From positions 32,001 to 96,000 of the IMG/VR virus record IMGVR_UViG_3300008952_003220: a stretch of 64,000 nt of DNA; one strand, given 5' to 3'. Of this stretch, positions 18,539 through 27,824 are shown piece by piece. The notes beneath the pieces were generated by a model. It did no database searches. It saw only the letters and a program-made list of their open reading frames with translations, and had not been told where the DNA came from. The DNA is from a virus. The first letter of the stretch is position 1; each line of letters opens with the position of its first letter. A program made the position numbers and the translations under genes.

Positions 18539-19630
18539 ATGAATGATGATAAATTAAAAGATATTTTAAGAATAGCAAGAGACTATGGGTTTTGTATTGT
18601 TCCTGATGACAATGAAGTTCTTGCTATTAATCATCACACTGTTGGAGGCAGTTTTAGCCAGAAACTAGGCTATCTTGAAATAGATCCAGTTTCATTTTTT
18701 TCATCATTACAAGTATTGGGCACTGTATCATCTTGTCTCGAAAAAAAGAAAGAAGTATTTATTCATTCTCTACCTAGATCAGGAGGAAACCACCTACATG
18801 CCACACTTCATTATCATCCTGAAGTTTTTTGTCTTTCTGAAAGAGAAGATCCCAGAAACAATAGTGCACAAGATGTCTTTGGAAAATTTAGTCCTATAAC
18901 ATTCTATAAGATGATTAGCTCAAAATGTCTTGTCTGGAAAGTTACTGGTGTCAGAGATCCATCTTTGATTATTTACTTTGACAAAGTGTGTAAAGATCAT
19001 GTTTCTATTTTTAATTTTAGGCACCCTTACTTGGTATTTTTATCAGCTAAGCGGGAAGAACTAAAGGGAAATAGCTCATATCACTGGCTCAAAGAAAGCT
19101 GGCCTAATCGTCCCAATTTGCTAAGCATAGTTTGTGATTATTTTAAAAATATAAAACAGTCACATTTAATCAATCCTGATCGAAAAATAACCTATCAAGA
19201 GATATGTGCTGCGCAGGCACTACAGCTAAGTCACATATCTTATGCAATAAATAGAGGAATTACTTCTACTATAGCATTTCATGAAGAATTGCTAGCTAAT
19301 AAAGATAAAATGGAATCAATTTATAATACTCTAGGGCTAGCTTGTGACTCTCAGGTTTATTCTTTTAAAGCATTTATTAGTGATATGCAGGAGAAGAATA
19401 GTGATGACTATGATATCTCTGATGGACTTATAGGATTTGGAGGCTACAATCCCGAACGTAAGATTTTGCTTAAAGATGAGATTAACATTTTAAATGAGAA
19501 TCGGCATGATGCGGAAATGATGATTGATCTTGTTTGTGAATTTTCAAAAAAAAATAATGTTGATGAAGAGGTTATTTTTAAATTTAGAGAATTTTATCTG
19601 GAAAAGATTAATAACTTGGAACAAAGATGA
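18539..19630 (+). CDS. sulfotransferase-like protein
   Basis: SLPRSGGN loop and FRHPY...S motif. Confidence 0.6.
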   Translation: MNDDKLKDILRIARDYGFCIVPDDNEVLAINHHTVGGSFSQKLGYLEIDPVSFFSSLQVLGTVSSCLEKKKEVFIHSLPRSGGNHLHATLHYHPEVFCLSEREDPRNNSAQDVFGKFSPITFYKMISSKCLVWKVTGVRDPSLIIYFDKVCKDHVSIFNFRHPYLVFLSAKREELKGNSSYHWLKESWPNRPNLLSIVCDYFKNIKQSHLINPDRKITYQEICAAQALQLSHISYAINRGITSTIAFHEELLANKDKMESIYNTLGLACDSQVYSFKAFISDMQEKNSDDYDISDGLIGFGGYNPERKILLKDEINILNENRHDAEMMIDLVCEFSKKNNVDEEVIFKFREFYLEKINNLEQR

Positions 19631-20037
19631 GACTACATCGACCTAGCTGGGATAAAATTTGGATGCAATTTGCTCAGTCAATATCAACAAGATCCTGTGA
19701 TCCGCGTCATCAGGTTGGGGCAATCATAGTGACAGATGATAATACTCAAGTCCTGGCTATCGGATACAATGGAGATCAAAAAGGAGGATCTAATGCAATA
19801 GAGTCATTGGAGCCCGGTCAGTCAGGCTTTATTCATGCTGAAATTAACGCTCTAATAAAGTGTGACTACAACAACCCTAAGAGAAAGATTATGTATGTAA
19901 CACTTTCACCCTGTAAGATGTGTGCAAAGTCAATTGTAAATTCTGGTATTAGTGAGGTTATCTACTTTGAAGATTACAGATCTGATGAGGGAGTTCGACT
20001 TTTATCTGAATTGGGGATTCTTGTTAGAAAATTCTAA
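19627..20037 (+). CDS. dCMP deaminase
   Basis: RPSWD, GYNG, HAEINA and SPCKMC. Confidence 0.92.
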   Translation: MRLHRPSWDKIWMQFAQSISTRSCDPRHQVGAIIVTDDNTQVLAIGYNGDQKGGSNAIESLEPGQSGFIHAEINALIKCDYNNPKRKIMYVTLSPCKMCAKSIVNSGISEVIYFEDYRSDEGVRLLSELGILVRKF

Positions 20038-20076
20038 AACTTGTTAGATAATTAATATTGTCTTTAACTGACAGTT

Positions 20077-20364
20077 GTGATAATGAGAGTTAAAAAGAAA
20101 AAGCTTTTAGATTTGATTTCACTTCTTATTGAAGGAAATCAAGATGCTATTGAAGAGAAGCTTAGTGTATTTGCAGGTCCAAAGGATTCTAGAAGTATTA
20201 TAATAAGTAACGGCTTAAAGATAAGACATACAGATTCTGGCCTTGTTTACACAGTTGATAGGGTTTTATTTACACCCGGTGGAAATCCAGAAATAAGATG
20301 CACTCGTCCTGGGTGGTCCATAGTTATTACAGCAGATGAATTCAAGGATTATGAGAGGCACTAA
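20077..20364 (+). CDS. hypothetical tagged protein
   Basis: Follows ATAATTA at 20048; MRVKKKKLLDLISLLIE. Confidence 0.7.
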   Translation: MIMRVKKKKLLDLISLLIEGNQDAIEEKLSVFAGPKDSRSIIISNGLKIRHTDSGLVYTVDRVLFTPGGNPEIRCTRPGWSIVITADEFKDYERH

Positions 20365-21056
20365 TGTCATTTACCAATAAAGATCTTAAAGAAAACATAA
20401 GAAAGTCTTTAAGCTTTGATCAAGATAAAGAGCAGCTTGCTGAAGCCTACGTTGCCCAACAGAAACAGTTTAATCTTTCAACTGAGCTTTTAAGCCAGGC
20501 TAACAAAGATAATCATATTGAGCTTTATCAGAAGTACATTGAGAATTTTAATAGAATAAGTGCTGAGCTAGACACAGCAGATAGATCTGATGTTAATTCA
20601 AATAATTCTCAATATAGATCTCTTAAGATAGATGAGACATATAACATGAATGCTGCTTATCTTCATGAGCTCTATTTTGCTAACATTAGTGATCTTCACA
20701 GTGAGATAGCAATGGACTCTTTATCATATATGAGACTCTCTAGAGATTTTGGAACTTTTGATGCTTGGCAGAAGGACTTTATAGCGTGCTGCTCAGCATC
20801 CCGATGTGGCTGGGCTATGACATATCTAAATACATACACACAGAGCTATATGAATGTTCCAGTTGATCTTCATAGTCTTGAGGTTCCAGTCGGATGCTAT
20901 CCGATCATTGTTATGGATGTATGGCAGCATGCATATTATAAAGACTATTTAAAGGATGTTAAGACATATACTTATGCAATGATGAAACAGCTAAATTGGC
21001 ATGTCATAGAGTCAAGATTTAGAAAGGCTGAGAACGTCTTGTTGGCATTGAGGTAA
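20364..21056 (+). CDS. Fe/Mn superoxide dismutase family protein
   Basis: NHIELY, LHELYF, GWA and DVWQHAYY ligand motifs; N-terminal extension. Confidence 0.9.
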   Translation: MSFTNKDLKENIRKSLSFDQDKEQLAEAYVAQQKQFNLSTELLSQANKDNHIELYQKYIENFNRISAELDTADRSDVNSNNSQYRSLKIDETYNMNAAYLHELYFANISDLHSEIAMDSLSYMRLSRDFGTFDAWQKDFIACCSASRCGWAMTYLNTYTQSYMNVPVDLHSLEVPVGCYPIIVMDVWQHAYYKDYLKDVKTYTYAMMKQLNWHVIESRFRKAENVLLALR

Positions 21057-21685
21057 TGATGAAAGTCAATAGTCGTAAATTTAAAGGTCTTATCCTATCT
21101 GAGCTAAAGAGAATAATTTCTGAGCAAGATGTTGATATTGATACAGATGTTAGTGAAGATCAACCAGAGCCTACATTTTCATCAGCGGATGACCAGATAG
21201 ATAGCTTTATTATTAAATTTGAAAATGAATCAATTAAAAGAGAGGGAGATGTCATTTCTGTCTCTCTAGATGAGTCTTTAGGATCACTCACACTTAGAGC
21301 TCTCCTAGAGCAGGAAGAAGCAGAGGAAGGGGCACCAGTAGAAGATGATGCAGATGTTGCTGTCGACGACGAATCAGAAGAGATGGGTTCATCTCCGTCG
21401 ATAGAAGCAGAAGAGCTCCCTAAACCTGAAATTGATATTGATTCATTTAGTAAGAGAGTAGCGAGACTTGCTTTGAATTACGAGACACTTCTTAATATAC
21501 CAGCAGTTATAATCAATAGAACAGTTGACTTTCTTAGAGAAAACTATGAAGAGTCAGACGTTGAAAGGCTTAAGCAAATTCTTGAAACTGAATATGACTT
21601 TGAGATAGACGGTAAAGAAAAGGAAACTCAAATTCCGTATGCTGTGGGGGCATGGGCTGGAGGCACAGGAGCAGGCGGTGCTTAA
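21056..21685 (+). CDS. acidic tagged putative virion protein
   Basis: LSELKRIISEQ motif. Confidence 0.7.
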   Translation: MMKVNSRKFKGLILSELKRIISEQDVDIDTDVSEDQPEPTFSSADDQIDSFIIKFENESIKREGDVISVSLDESLGSLTLRALLEQEEAEEGAPVEDDADVAVDDESEEMGSSPSIEAEELPKPEIDIDSFSKRVARLALNYETLLNIPAVIINRTVDFLRENYEESDVERLKQILETEYDFEIDGKEKETQIPYAVGAWAGGTGAGGA

Positions 21686-21984
21686 TGAAAAAGCCCGAAG
21701 AAAAATATATCGACTTTGAAACAAAGAAGACACTTCATTTCAATATAACAAGAGAGTCTCATAGCAGCCTAAGAATAGCATGCTTTCAGCGAAGACTTTC
21801 TATGCAGGAGGTCTTTGAAGAGCTTGCAATTTTAGTATCTGAGGAGTCACCAGTTCTGATAAAGATTCTTGATGATCTTTCTGAAAAGAAACGTCAAAAA
21901 ATTATTAAAAAATTATCGGAAACAGATGCAGAATCTTTGTTTAATATTATAGAAAAAGAAAACCCATTAGTGAGTTCTGAATGA
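21685..21984 (+). CDS. ribbon-helix-helix DNA-binding protein
   Basis: KTLHFNITRESHSSLRIAC...LSMQEVF pattern; ATG coupled to the upstream stop. Confidence 0.6.
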   Translation: MKKPEEKYIDFETKKTLHFNITRESHSSLRIACFQRRLSMQEVFEELAILVSEESPVLIKILDDLSEKKRQKIIKKLSETDAESLFNIIEKENPLVSSE

Positions 21985-22256
21985 TAAATTGGCTTAAGAA
22001 TATATTTAAAAGAGATTCTGTTACTAGAGTTAAAAATCTAGAGATACAGTGTCTTTACTTGCATACTAGACTTCACGATGTTGAAAAATTAATATCCAAG
22101 CAGTCTGAGATACTTGCTAACATTGCTCATGTGCAATCTGAGATATCTAATATTATCTGGTCGGAGGGAACTAGGTCAGGAGATGGGTCTTCTGAAAGTA
22201 AGTCAATGTTTTCACAAAAATTTACTATATCGAAAGATGATGATTTTTTAAACTAG
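21981..22256 (+). CDS. hypothetical coiled-coil protein
   Basis: 91-aa coupled ORF. Confidence 0.65.
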   Translation: MINWLKNIFKRDSVTRVKNLEIQCLYLHTRLHDVEKLISKQSEILANIAHVQSEISNIIWSEGTRSGDGSSESKSMFSQKFTISKDDDFLN

Positions 22257-22265
22257 GAATGAAAG

Positions 22266-22460
22266 ATGAAGGTAGGAATTTTAGATAGAATATTAGAGAA
22301 GGCAATCTCTAGAAAGCTTCTTGTTTTTTGTACAGCAACCGGATTGATGGCATGGGACGGACTAGATTCTGAGACATGGGGAATGGTAGCAATAGTCTAT
22401 ATCGGAGGCCAGGCAGTTGTTGATACTATGAAAGCCTACCGGTTTGGTGATAGGGAATGA
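22266..22460 (+). CDS. holin-like two-TM protein
   Basis: 64 aa, SRKLLV start, two hydrophobic helices. Confidence 0.5.
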   Translation: MKVGILDRILEKAISRKLLVFCTATGLMAWDGLDSETWGMVAIVYIGGQAVVDTMKAYRFGDRE

Positions 22461-22861
22461 CCCTATCAGCTTTTAAGCTGGCATTGAAAAAAGCAATAGC
22501 CTGGTGCAAGCACCATTGGAAGATTTTGCTTTTGATGGCTTGGTCTGTTGTTATATGGGTCGTAGCTAGAAGATCACTGAATAGTCATAAAAAAGCCCTA
22601 GATTTAACAATTAAAAGCTATAAAGCTGAGATCGACGCCATCCAGAGCACTCATGAGAAAGAAATAGAGAAAAGAAACAGGGCAATTGAAACTTATCGGG
22701 TTGTGATACAGGAAGCAGAAAAGGCATACTCTGAATCTCAAGAGGAGCTTGGAGTTCTAAAGAGAGAGAGGCTAAAGGATCTTGTTAATCAATATGCTGA
22801 TGACCCCGAAAGCTTAAATAACATTATTGAATCTGAATTTGGATTTACCTATGTTAAGTAA
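22457..22861 (+). CDS. i-spanin-like protein (N-terminal TM plus coiled coil)
   Basis: TM ILLLMAWSVVIWVVA followed by a long helix. Confidence 0.45.
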   Translation: MTLSAFKLALKKAIAWCKHHWKILLLMAWSVVIWVVARRSLNSHKKALDLTIKSYKAEIDAIQSTHEKEIEKRNRAIETYRVVIQEAEKAYSESQEELGVLKRERLKDLVNQYADDPESLNNIIESEFGFTYVK

Positions 22862-23315
22862 GGCTTTTATTATATTGCTTCCGATTCTTTTTTCTCAGAA
22901 CGTTCTTGCAGATGACGAGGTGGAGCAGCCCAAGTATGCTCACCTTGAAGTGGGAGAGACAGCTCCTTTTAATGGAACACTCTTTAATGGGCCTGCACTT
23001 TCTCAGATCTTGGTTGAAAGCCAGTACTCATTTGATGAGTGTGATTTAAGAGTTGAATTTGAGAAGAACTTGATTGCTGCTGATTATCAATTAAGACTAG
23101 ACACATTGCAAGCCGGATATGATTCTCTAAGTGAGAGGCACGATCTTTTAATGTCCATTAAAAATGATGAGATTGAGACATACAGAAGTCTGGCTCTTGA
23201 AATGCCGAACAAAAATAATCAATGGTGGCTTGCCGGCGGTGTTGTCGTGGGTGTTGCCATAACAGTTTCAGCTGCGTGGGCTATGGGACAAGTTTCTGCT
23301 ATATCAGCAAATTAA
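22851..23315 (+). CDS. exported coiled-coil protein with C-terminal TM (spanin-like partner)
   Basis: Signal peptide ..NVLA|DD; C-terminal WWLAGGVVVGVAITVSAAWA. Confidence 0.5.
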   Translation: MLSKAFIILLPILFSQNVLADDEVEQPKYAHLEVGETAPFNGTLFNGPALSQILVESQYSFDECDLRVEFEKNLIAADYQLRLDTLQAGYDSLSERHDLLMSIKNDEIETYRSLALEMPNKNNQWWLAGGVVVGVAITVSAAWAMGQVSAISAN

Positions 23316-23351
23316 GAATTTGTCTTCATAATTAATCTTGAGGTCGAAGTT

Positions 23352-25469
23352 ATGAAAGTAAAAGTAAAGAAATCTGCTTTAGTTGACTTTTTAAAAAGTA
23401 AGATTAATGAAGATATCAGCTCAGCTGAGCACAACACAGTTTTAGGAATTGATATAGAGGACGAGGGTCCTATTGAACCAGTTGAGATGATGGCAACACA
23501 GCTTGCAGTTGAAAGACCCCCAGTTGATGACCCTGAGTTTATTCCCGCTTCTATCTCTGAGCTAGCAAACTCTGCGTCTGCAATAGCCCAGGAGTGCCCA
23601 GGGCCTCAGCTTGAGTGGTTTTACAGAAAGCTTCATGAGCTACTTGATGTTGCTCTTGATAGGCAGGATGCAGCAGAAAGAGATGACTCTGTGCTTCATA
23701 GTGAAGAAGAGGAGCTTAAGGATCTTAAGAACGGCGACCTGGCCGAGACTATTGTAAGAAAGTTTCTTAGGGGAAAAATTTTACCAGAGGGTCTAAATAC
23801 AGATCAGCAGGATCTTGTTAATCGGGCTTCAGCCAGGATGCAAAGCATAGAAGATGCAGGCATCATGGCACAGCGGCTAGCAGATTTTTCTGAATTTGAA
23901 GGCATGGATGAGTGGGAGATAAGTACAGAGCTCGAGGATGCCTTTACCTTTGGTGACACACCTCTTAGCCAGCCCAAAGCTGAGCCGAAAATTCAGCCAG
24001 AGCCAGAGCCACAGCCTGAAGAAGCAGAAGATGAAGATATTGATGACGACGGCTATGAAGACCCGCGTGGGCTTGAAGAGCCAATAACGAAGAGCACGAA
24101 AAAATCTAGGGCTATCGAGGATGCTACAGAATTCTTTTTAAAAAATAAGGACAAGTATGTTTTAGATCTATTTCAAATTAGGCTAGGGTCTGGAAGAGAT
24201 GTTGTACCATTTGACGTCAGATTTGCTAAAAACTCGGATGAATCCGAGTCTGTAGTAGATGGTGTTATGCATGATCTTAAAAATACTGGAGCATTTGGAG
24301 ACGATATTGATGATATAAGAGATCACTTAGAGAATTACGTCTTGTCATTCCTCAAGGATCCAGAGAAGGTATTACCACAAGATATACAAATTGGAGATGC
24401 TAACGCAATTGTCGATGCTCTTATTAAAAAGCATGGGGATGCTGATGATCTTGATAAGTTTCTCCAAGACGCAGAGGACGCTGCAGCTCAAGCAGAAGAT
24501 TTTGGGTATACTCCATTTTACATCCGTCTCATAGCTTCAGACTATTATCTTACACGTGACGAACCTGTTGAAGACACAGATGAATATTTTGGTGAAGAGG
24601 GTGAGGAGCTTAGTGATGAAGAGGTGGCTGAGATTAGAAAGAAATTTAGAGAGGAATCTCGACAACAGGCGCTTGATCTTGAATTTAGTCCGGGATCTCT
24701 AGTATTGAGTAACAAAGCTCTGCGGGCTTTAATGGAAGAAATTGCTTCTGATATGGGAACCGGTCTCGGAAACGTCAGAAATGTCGTATATGACGATCTT
24801 AAGATGATGGGAATGGACATGGATATTCTTAAGAAGCGCATGCGCGCCGCGAAGCTTCCGGGAGGTAGAGAGGCAATTCCATCTGTATACGACCCACTTC
24901 TTGTTACAGCAGCAGAGGACATTATAGACAAATCATACGAATTGTTTAGATATAGTCTTGATAGGTATGTTGAAGCTCTTGATCCTGATGAGGCAGCTGA
25001 GTTTGCAAGTGTTTTCAGCAGGGCATATGAACCAGGAATTGAGGGATACATGAGATTGCAAGATATATCCGGCGGTGAAAAGATAGATGATCCTGAGAAC
25101 TTTAGAAGGACGCGAAAGGCTTTTGAGGCAATTCAGATATTTTTAGATGAACTAGCTAAAGAGATGGTTCCAGACTCTCAAAAAGAAGCGAAAGAAGGCG
25201 GAATCAGAGCATTTATGCTTGATATTAAGGACTCTGGCGCACTGGAAGAGGATAGAAGAGATGACTTTGATGAATTCTTGGCAAGGAAAATTAAAAGATT
25301 TGACAGCTTTAAGAGGGATGAAGACTTCTTAATGTCAGCAATTGATACAGCACTTGCCAAGTCAGAAAAGCGTGCAGCAAGATACATTAAACAGCTAGAG
25401 AAAGAAAGGGTCGGCAGAGAGAAAAAACAGATGTCAGAACTTTCTCGATTAATTGATAGTGTTATTTAA
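23352..25469 (+). CDS. large acidic tagged putative virion protein
   Basis: 705 aa; ATAATTA at 23328; MKVKVKKSALVDFLKSKINE. Confidence 0.7.
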   Translation: MKVKVKKSALVDFLKSKINEDISSAEHNTVLGIDIEDEGPIEPVEMMATQLAVERPPVDDPEFIPASISELANSASAIAQECPGPQLEWFYRKLHELLDVALDRQDAAERDDSVLHSEEEELKDLKNGDLAETIVRKFLRGKILPEGLNTDQQDLVNRASARMQSIEDAGIMAQRLADFSEFEGMDEWEISTELEDAFTFGDTPLSQPKAEPKIQPEPEPQPEEAEDEDIDDDGYEDPRGLEEPITKSTKKSRAIEDATEFFLKNKDKYVLDLFQIRLGSGRDVVPFDVRFAKNSDESESVVDGVMHDLKNTGAFGDDIDDIRDHLENYVLSFLKDPEKVLPQDIQIGDANAIVDALIKKHGDADDLDKFLQDAEDAAAQAEDFGYTPFYIRLIASDYYLTRDEPVEDTDEYFGEEGEELSDEEVAEIRKKFREESRQQALDLEFSPGSLVLSNKALRALMEEIASDMGTGLGNVRNVVYDDLKMMGMDMDILKKRMRAAKLPGGREAIPSVYDPLLVTAAEDIIDKSYELFRYSLDRYVEALDPDEAAEFASVFSRAYEPGIEGYMRLQDISGGEKIDDPENFRRTRKAFEAIQIFLDELAKEMVPDSQKEAKEGGIRAFMLDIKDSGALEEDRRDDFDEFLARKIKRFDSFKRDEDFLMSAIDTALAKSEKRAARYIKQLEKERVGREKKQMSELSRLIDSVI

Positions 25470-25920
25470 TAATATGAAAAGCTTACTAAATTTCATTGAT
25501 GACAGATTTATTGAAGAGGGTGTAAATAGAGACCCAGGCACATCATCTGTCAGAGGTGTTCTTGGAAGTCTTGTTGAAAGTACAATGCCCCGAGGCTTGC
25601 CGATAGAAGTGGAGACATCTAAGTGGGTGACAAAGTCTAATCCAGAAAGGCTTGTTAGAAGATTTTCATTTGAAAGCTTCGACTCTCTAATGTTTTTTCT
25701 CAATGAGCTATTGGGATATCAAGAAGAAAAGATGCATCACGCTGATATAACTGTTTCTAATAGAGAGATTACAGTGTCTTCATACACACATGATATTGAT
25801 AAGGTAACAGATCTAGATTTATCACTTTCTGGATTTTGCGATGAAATATATGAAGATTTACAGTTTATGAAACTATCAAGAAGACAGGCGCATGAAAGAG
25901 AAATCAACAGTCTTAGTTAG
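25453..25920 (+). CDS. pterin-4-alpha-carbinolamine dehydratase family protein
   Basis: RRFSFESF...MHHADI...YTHD...TDLD. Confidence 0.85.
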   Translation: MIVLFNNMKSLLNFIDDRFIEEGVNRDPGTSSVRGVLGSLVESTMPRGLPIEVETSKWVTKSNPERLVRRFSFESFDSLMFFLNELLGYQEEKMHHADITVSNREITVSSYTHDIDKVTDLDLSLSGFCDEIYEDLQFMKLSRRQAHEREINSLS

Positions 25921-26269
25921 TGATTCTATATCTGAAAAAGTTGACTTTAATCAATTTTACGATGAAGATCACGAGACGCCTACAGCTATGTGCAGCATAG
26001 AAACTAAGCACTTCGCTATGTCATTTCCAGTTCTTGAGATTATTAAAACACCGGATACTTTAGAAATTTCATTTACACTAAATGTATCTCAGATTAATAG
26101 TATTATTCTTTTAAAAGATGCTGAAAAGATATGCTTAGATGTGGGAAATTCAAAGATAGTCTTTGAAAATTGCAAGATTAATTTATTTTCTTCTTCTGTT
26201 TATCAGGCTAGTGAGCATCTATGTAGGCTAATTGTTGAATCTGATAATATTTATAGCAAAGGAGCTTGA
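25892..26269 (+). CDS. hypothetical protein
   Basis: 125-aa ORF in operon. Confidence 0.6.
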   Translation: MKEKSTVLVSDSISEKVDFNQFYDEDHETPTAMCSIETKHFAMSFPVLEIIKTPDTLEISFTLNVSQINSIILLKDAEKICLDVGNSKIVFENCKINLFSSSVYQASEHLCRLIVESDNIYSKGA

Positions 26270-26454
26270 GTCAAATGAATTTTAAAAAGTTTATGAACGA
26301 TATTTTAAAAAGAGAGACAGAGCATAAGACAGTTATGAAGGAAAGAATTCTGGAAGAAGAAGAGCTTCCTCAAAGAAGGTATAACAAGTTATATCGAGAA
26401 CACTGGCAAAACTCTGTCTATTTTAGGAGAAAAAATGAGCGACATAAGAATTAA
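26266..26454 (+). CDS. hypothetical protein
   Basis: 62-aa coupled ORF. Confidence 0.6.
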   Translation: MSQMNFKKFMNDILKRETEHKTVMKERILEEEELPQRRYNKLYREHWQNSVYFRRKNERHKN

Positions 26455-27181
26455 TACATCAAGAGATCTTGAGAGCTTTCTTAGAATACTAGCTGAAGAG
26501 AGTGTTTCTAACGCTCACAGCGTTATAAAAGAAGATAGATCTCGTGACCCAGCACAAGATCGATATTCAAGAAAGTTGCAAAATAAAGAGATAAAGCATC
26601 TGTCCATGGTAGAACAGGAGGAAGAAGAACTAGAAGACCTTCCAGATCCACAGCGTCAAGAAGGTGAAGAACTACTGCAGCCAGGCTCTGAAGAGAGGGG
26701 AGCTGCTTCCGATGATTCTGATGATCCTGAAGAGGAAAAGACTGCTTCTAGGGCTGCAATACCAGATGATATCAATGATCTCAGACAGGGATATTCAGTT
26801 AAAGATCCAGATGTTAGACCAGAGCTTCAGGCCTATCTTGAAGCACTTGATGATATTGAGATTAAAATTCTTGATAAGTTTTTAGGTGCACTTTCTGGAA
26901 TATTAAACAAGAGAATTAAGGCATCAGCAGCTTCAGATCCGAGTGAGGATTTAGATCTTGACTATGTTGAAAAATCTAAAGAAGGGGAAGGTCCTTCTGA
27001 TGAGCCTGTTGGTGTTTCTGGCCCGGGTGATGCTCCTTCACCCTCACCGCCCGGAATGCCAATGATGGGACCTGGGGATGAAGAAGAAGAGTTTGAAGAC
27101 GTATCTCCACCAGTTAGAGTTGGTTCACCTCAGCAGCTTGCAGAGATTAGAAGAAAAGTTAGAAAGCTTATGAAAATGTAA
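26435..27181 (+). CDS. acidic putative virion protein
   Basis: LRILAEE and C-terminal LAEIRRKVRKLM. Confidence 0.7.
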   Translation: MSDIRINTSRDLESFLRILAEESVSNAHSVIKEDRSRDPAQDRYSRKLQNKEIKHLSMVEQEEEELEDLPDPQRQEGEELLQPGSEERGAASDDSDDPEEEKTASRAAIPDDINDLRQGYSVKDPDVRPELQAYLEALDDIEIKILDKFLGALSGILNKRIKASAASDPSEDLDLDYVEKSKEGEGPSDEPVGVSGPGDAPSPSPPGMPMMGPGDEEEEFEDVSPPVRVGSPQQLAEIRRKVRKLMKM

Positions 27182-27236
27182 ATTTACCTTTGTCATAATA
27201 TGATTATCCTAAATATAATTTAATATAGGATTCAAT

Positions 27237-27455
27237 ATGACATCGGAAAATAAATTTAAAGATAAGTCTACAACATACAATATTTTGCTTCCTAACGGTG
27301 AATCCATGGAGCTCAAAGCTACTCCTGAATTTTTTGAAGTCGTAAGAAAGACAATGAATTTATCAATTTTTGAACCTGTAACTGACTCTCATATTAGAAG
27401 ATTTATTTGGGAAAGTTGCAATGAAGCCTTTGACAAACATGAAGGAGCATCCTAA
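27237..27455 (+). CDS. hypothetical protein
   Basis: 72-aa ORF with AGGA RBS. Confidence 0.65.
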   Translation: MTSENKFKDKSTTYNILLPNGESMELKATPEFFEVVRKTMNLSIFEPVTDSHIRRFIWESCNEAFDKHEGAS

Positions 27456-27477
27456 TTAGTTAAAAGGTAATCTTGAT

Positions 27478-27759
27478 ATGAATCCTGGCAAATTAATTAG
27501 ACAGCTCATTAGAGAGTCAATTGCTTCCATGACTGTTTCTCTGTCAGACGGCACAGAAGTTGAGTATGGATCTGAGTCCCACATACAAGAATACGATAGA
27601 ATGATAGGAGATCTTCAGAATATCAAGAAGTCTCTAAGGTCTAGGAAGAATAAAGAGAGTAGAAAAGAAGCAGCTGGCCTACAGAATGCTATTGGGTCAC
27701 TTCGTCATCTTAGAGCTAAGGCTCTTAGAGCTTATACAAAAAGAAATCTTTTAGATTGA
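27478..27759 (+). CDS. tagged small protein
   Basis: MNPGKLIRQLIRES. Confidence 0.7.
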   Translation: MNPGKLIRQLIRESIASMTVSLSDGTEVEYGSESHIQEYDRMIGDLQNIKKSLRSRKNKESRKEAAGLQNAIGSLRHLRAKALRAYTKRNLLD

Positions 27760-27824
27760 TCTATTTTTCATTTACATTCATGTAATTAGCCTTCTTTTAT
27801 GGTATAATATACCAGGAGGTAACA

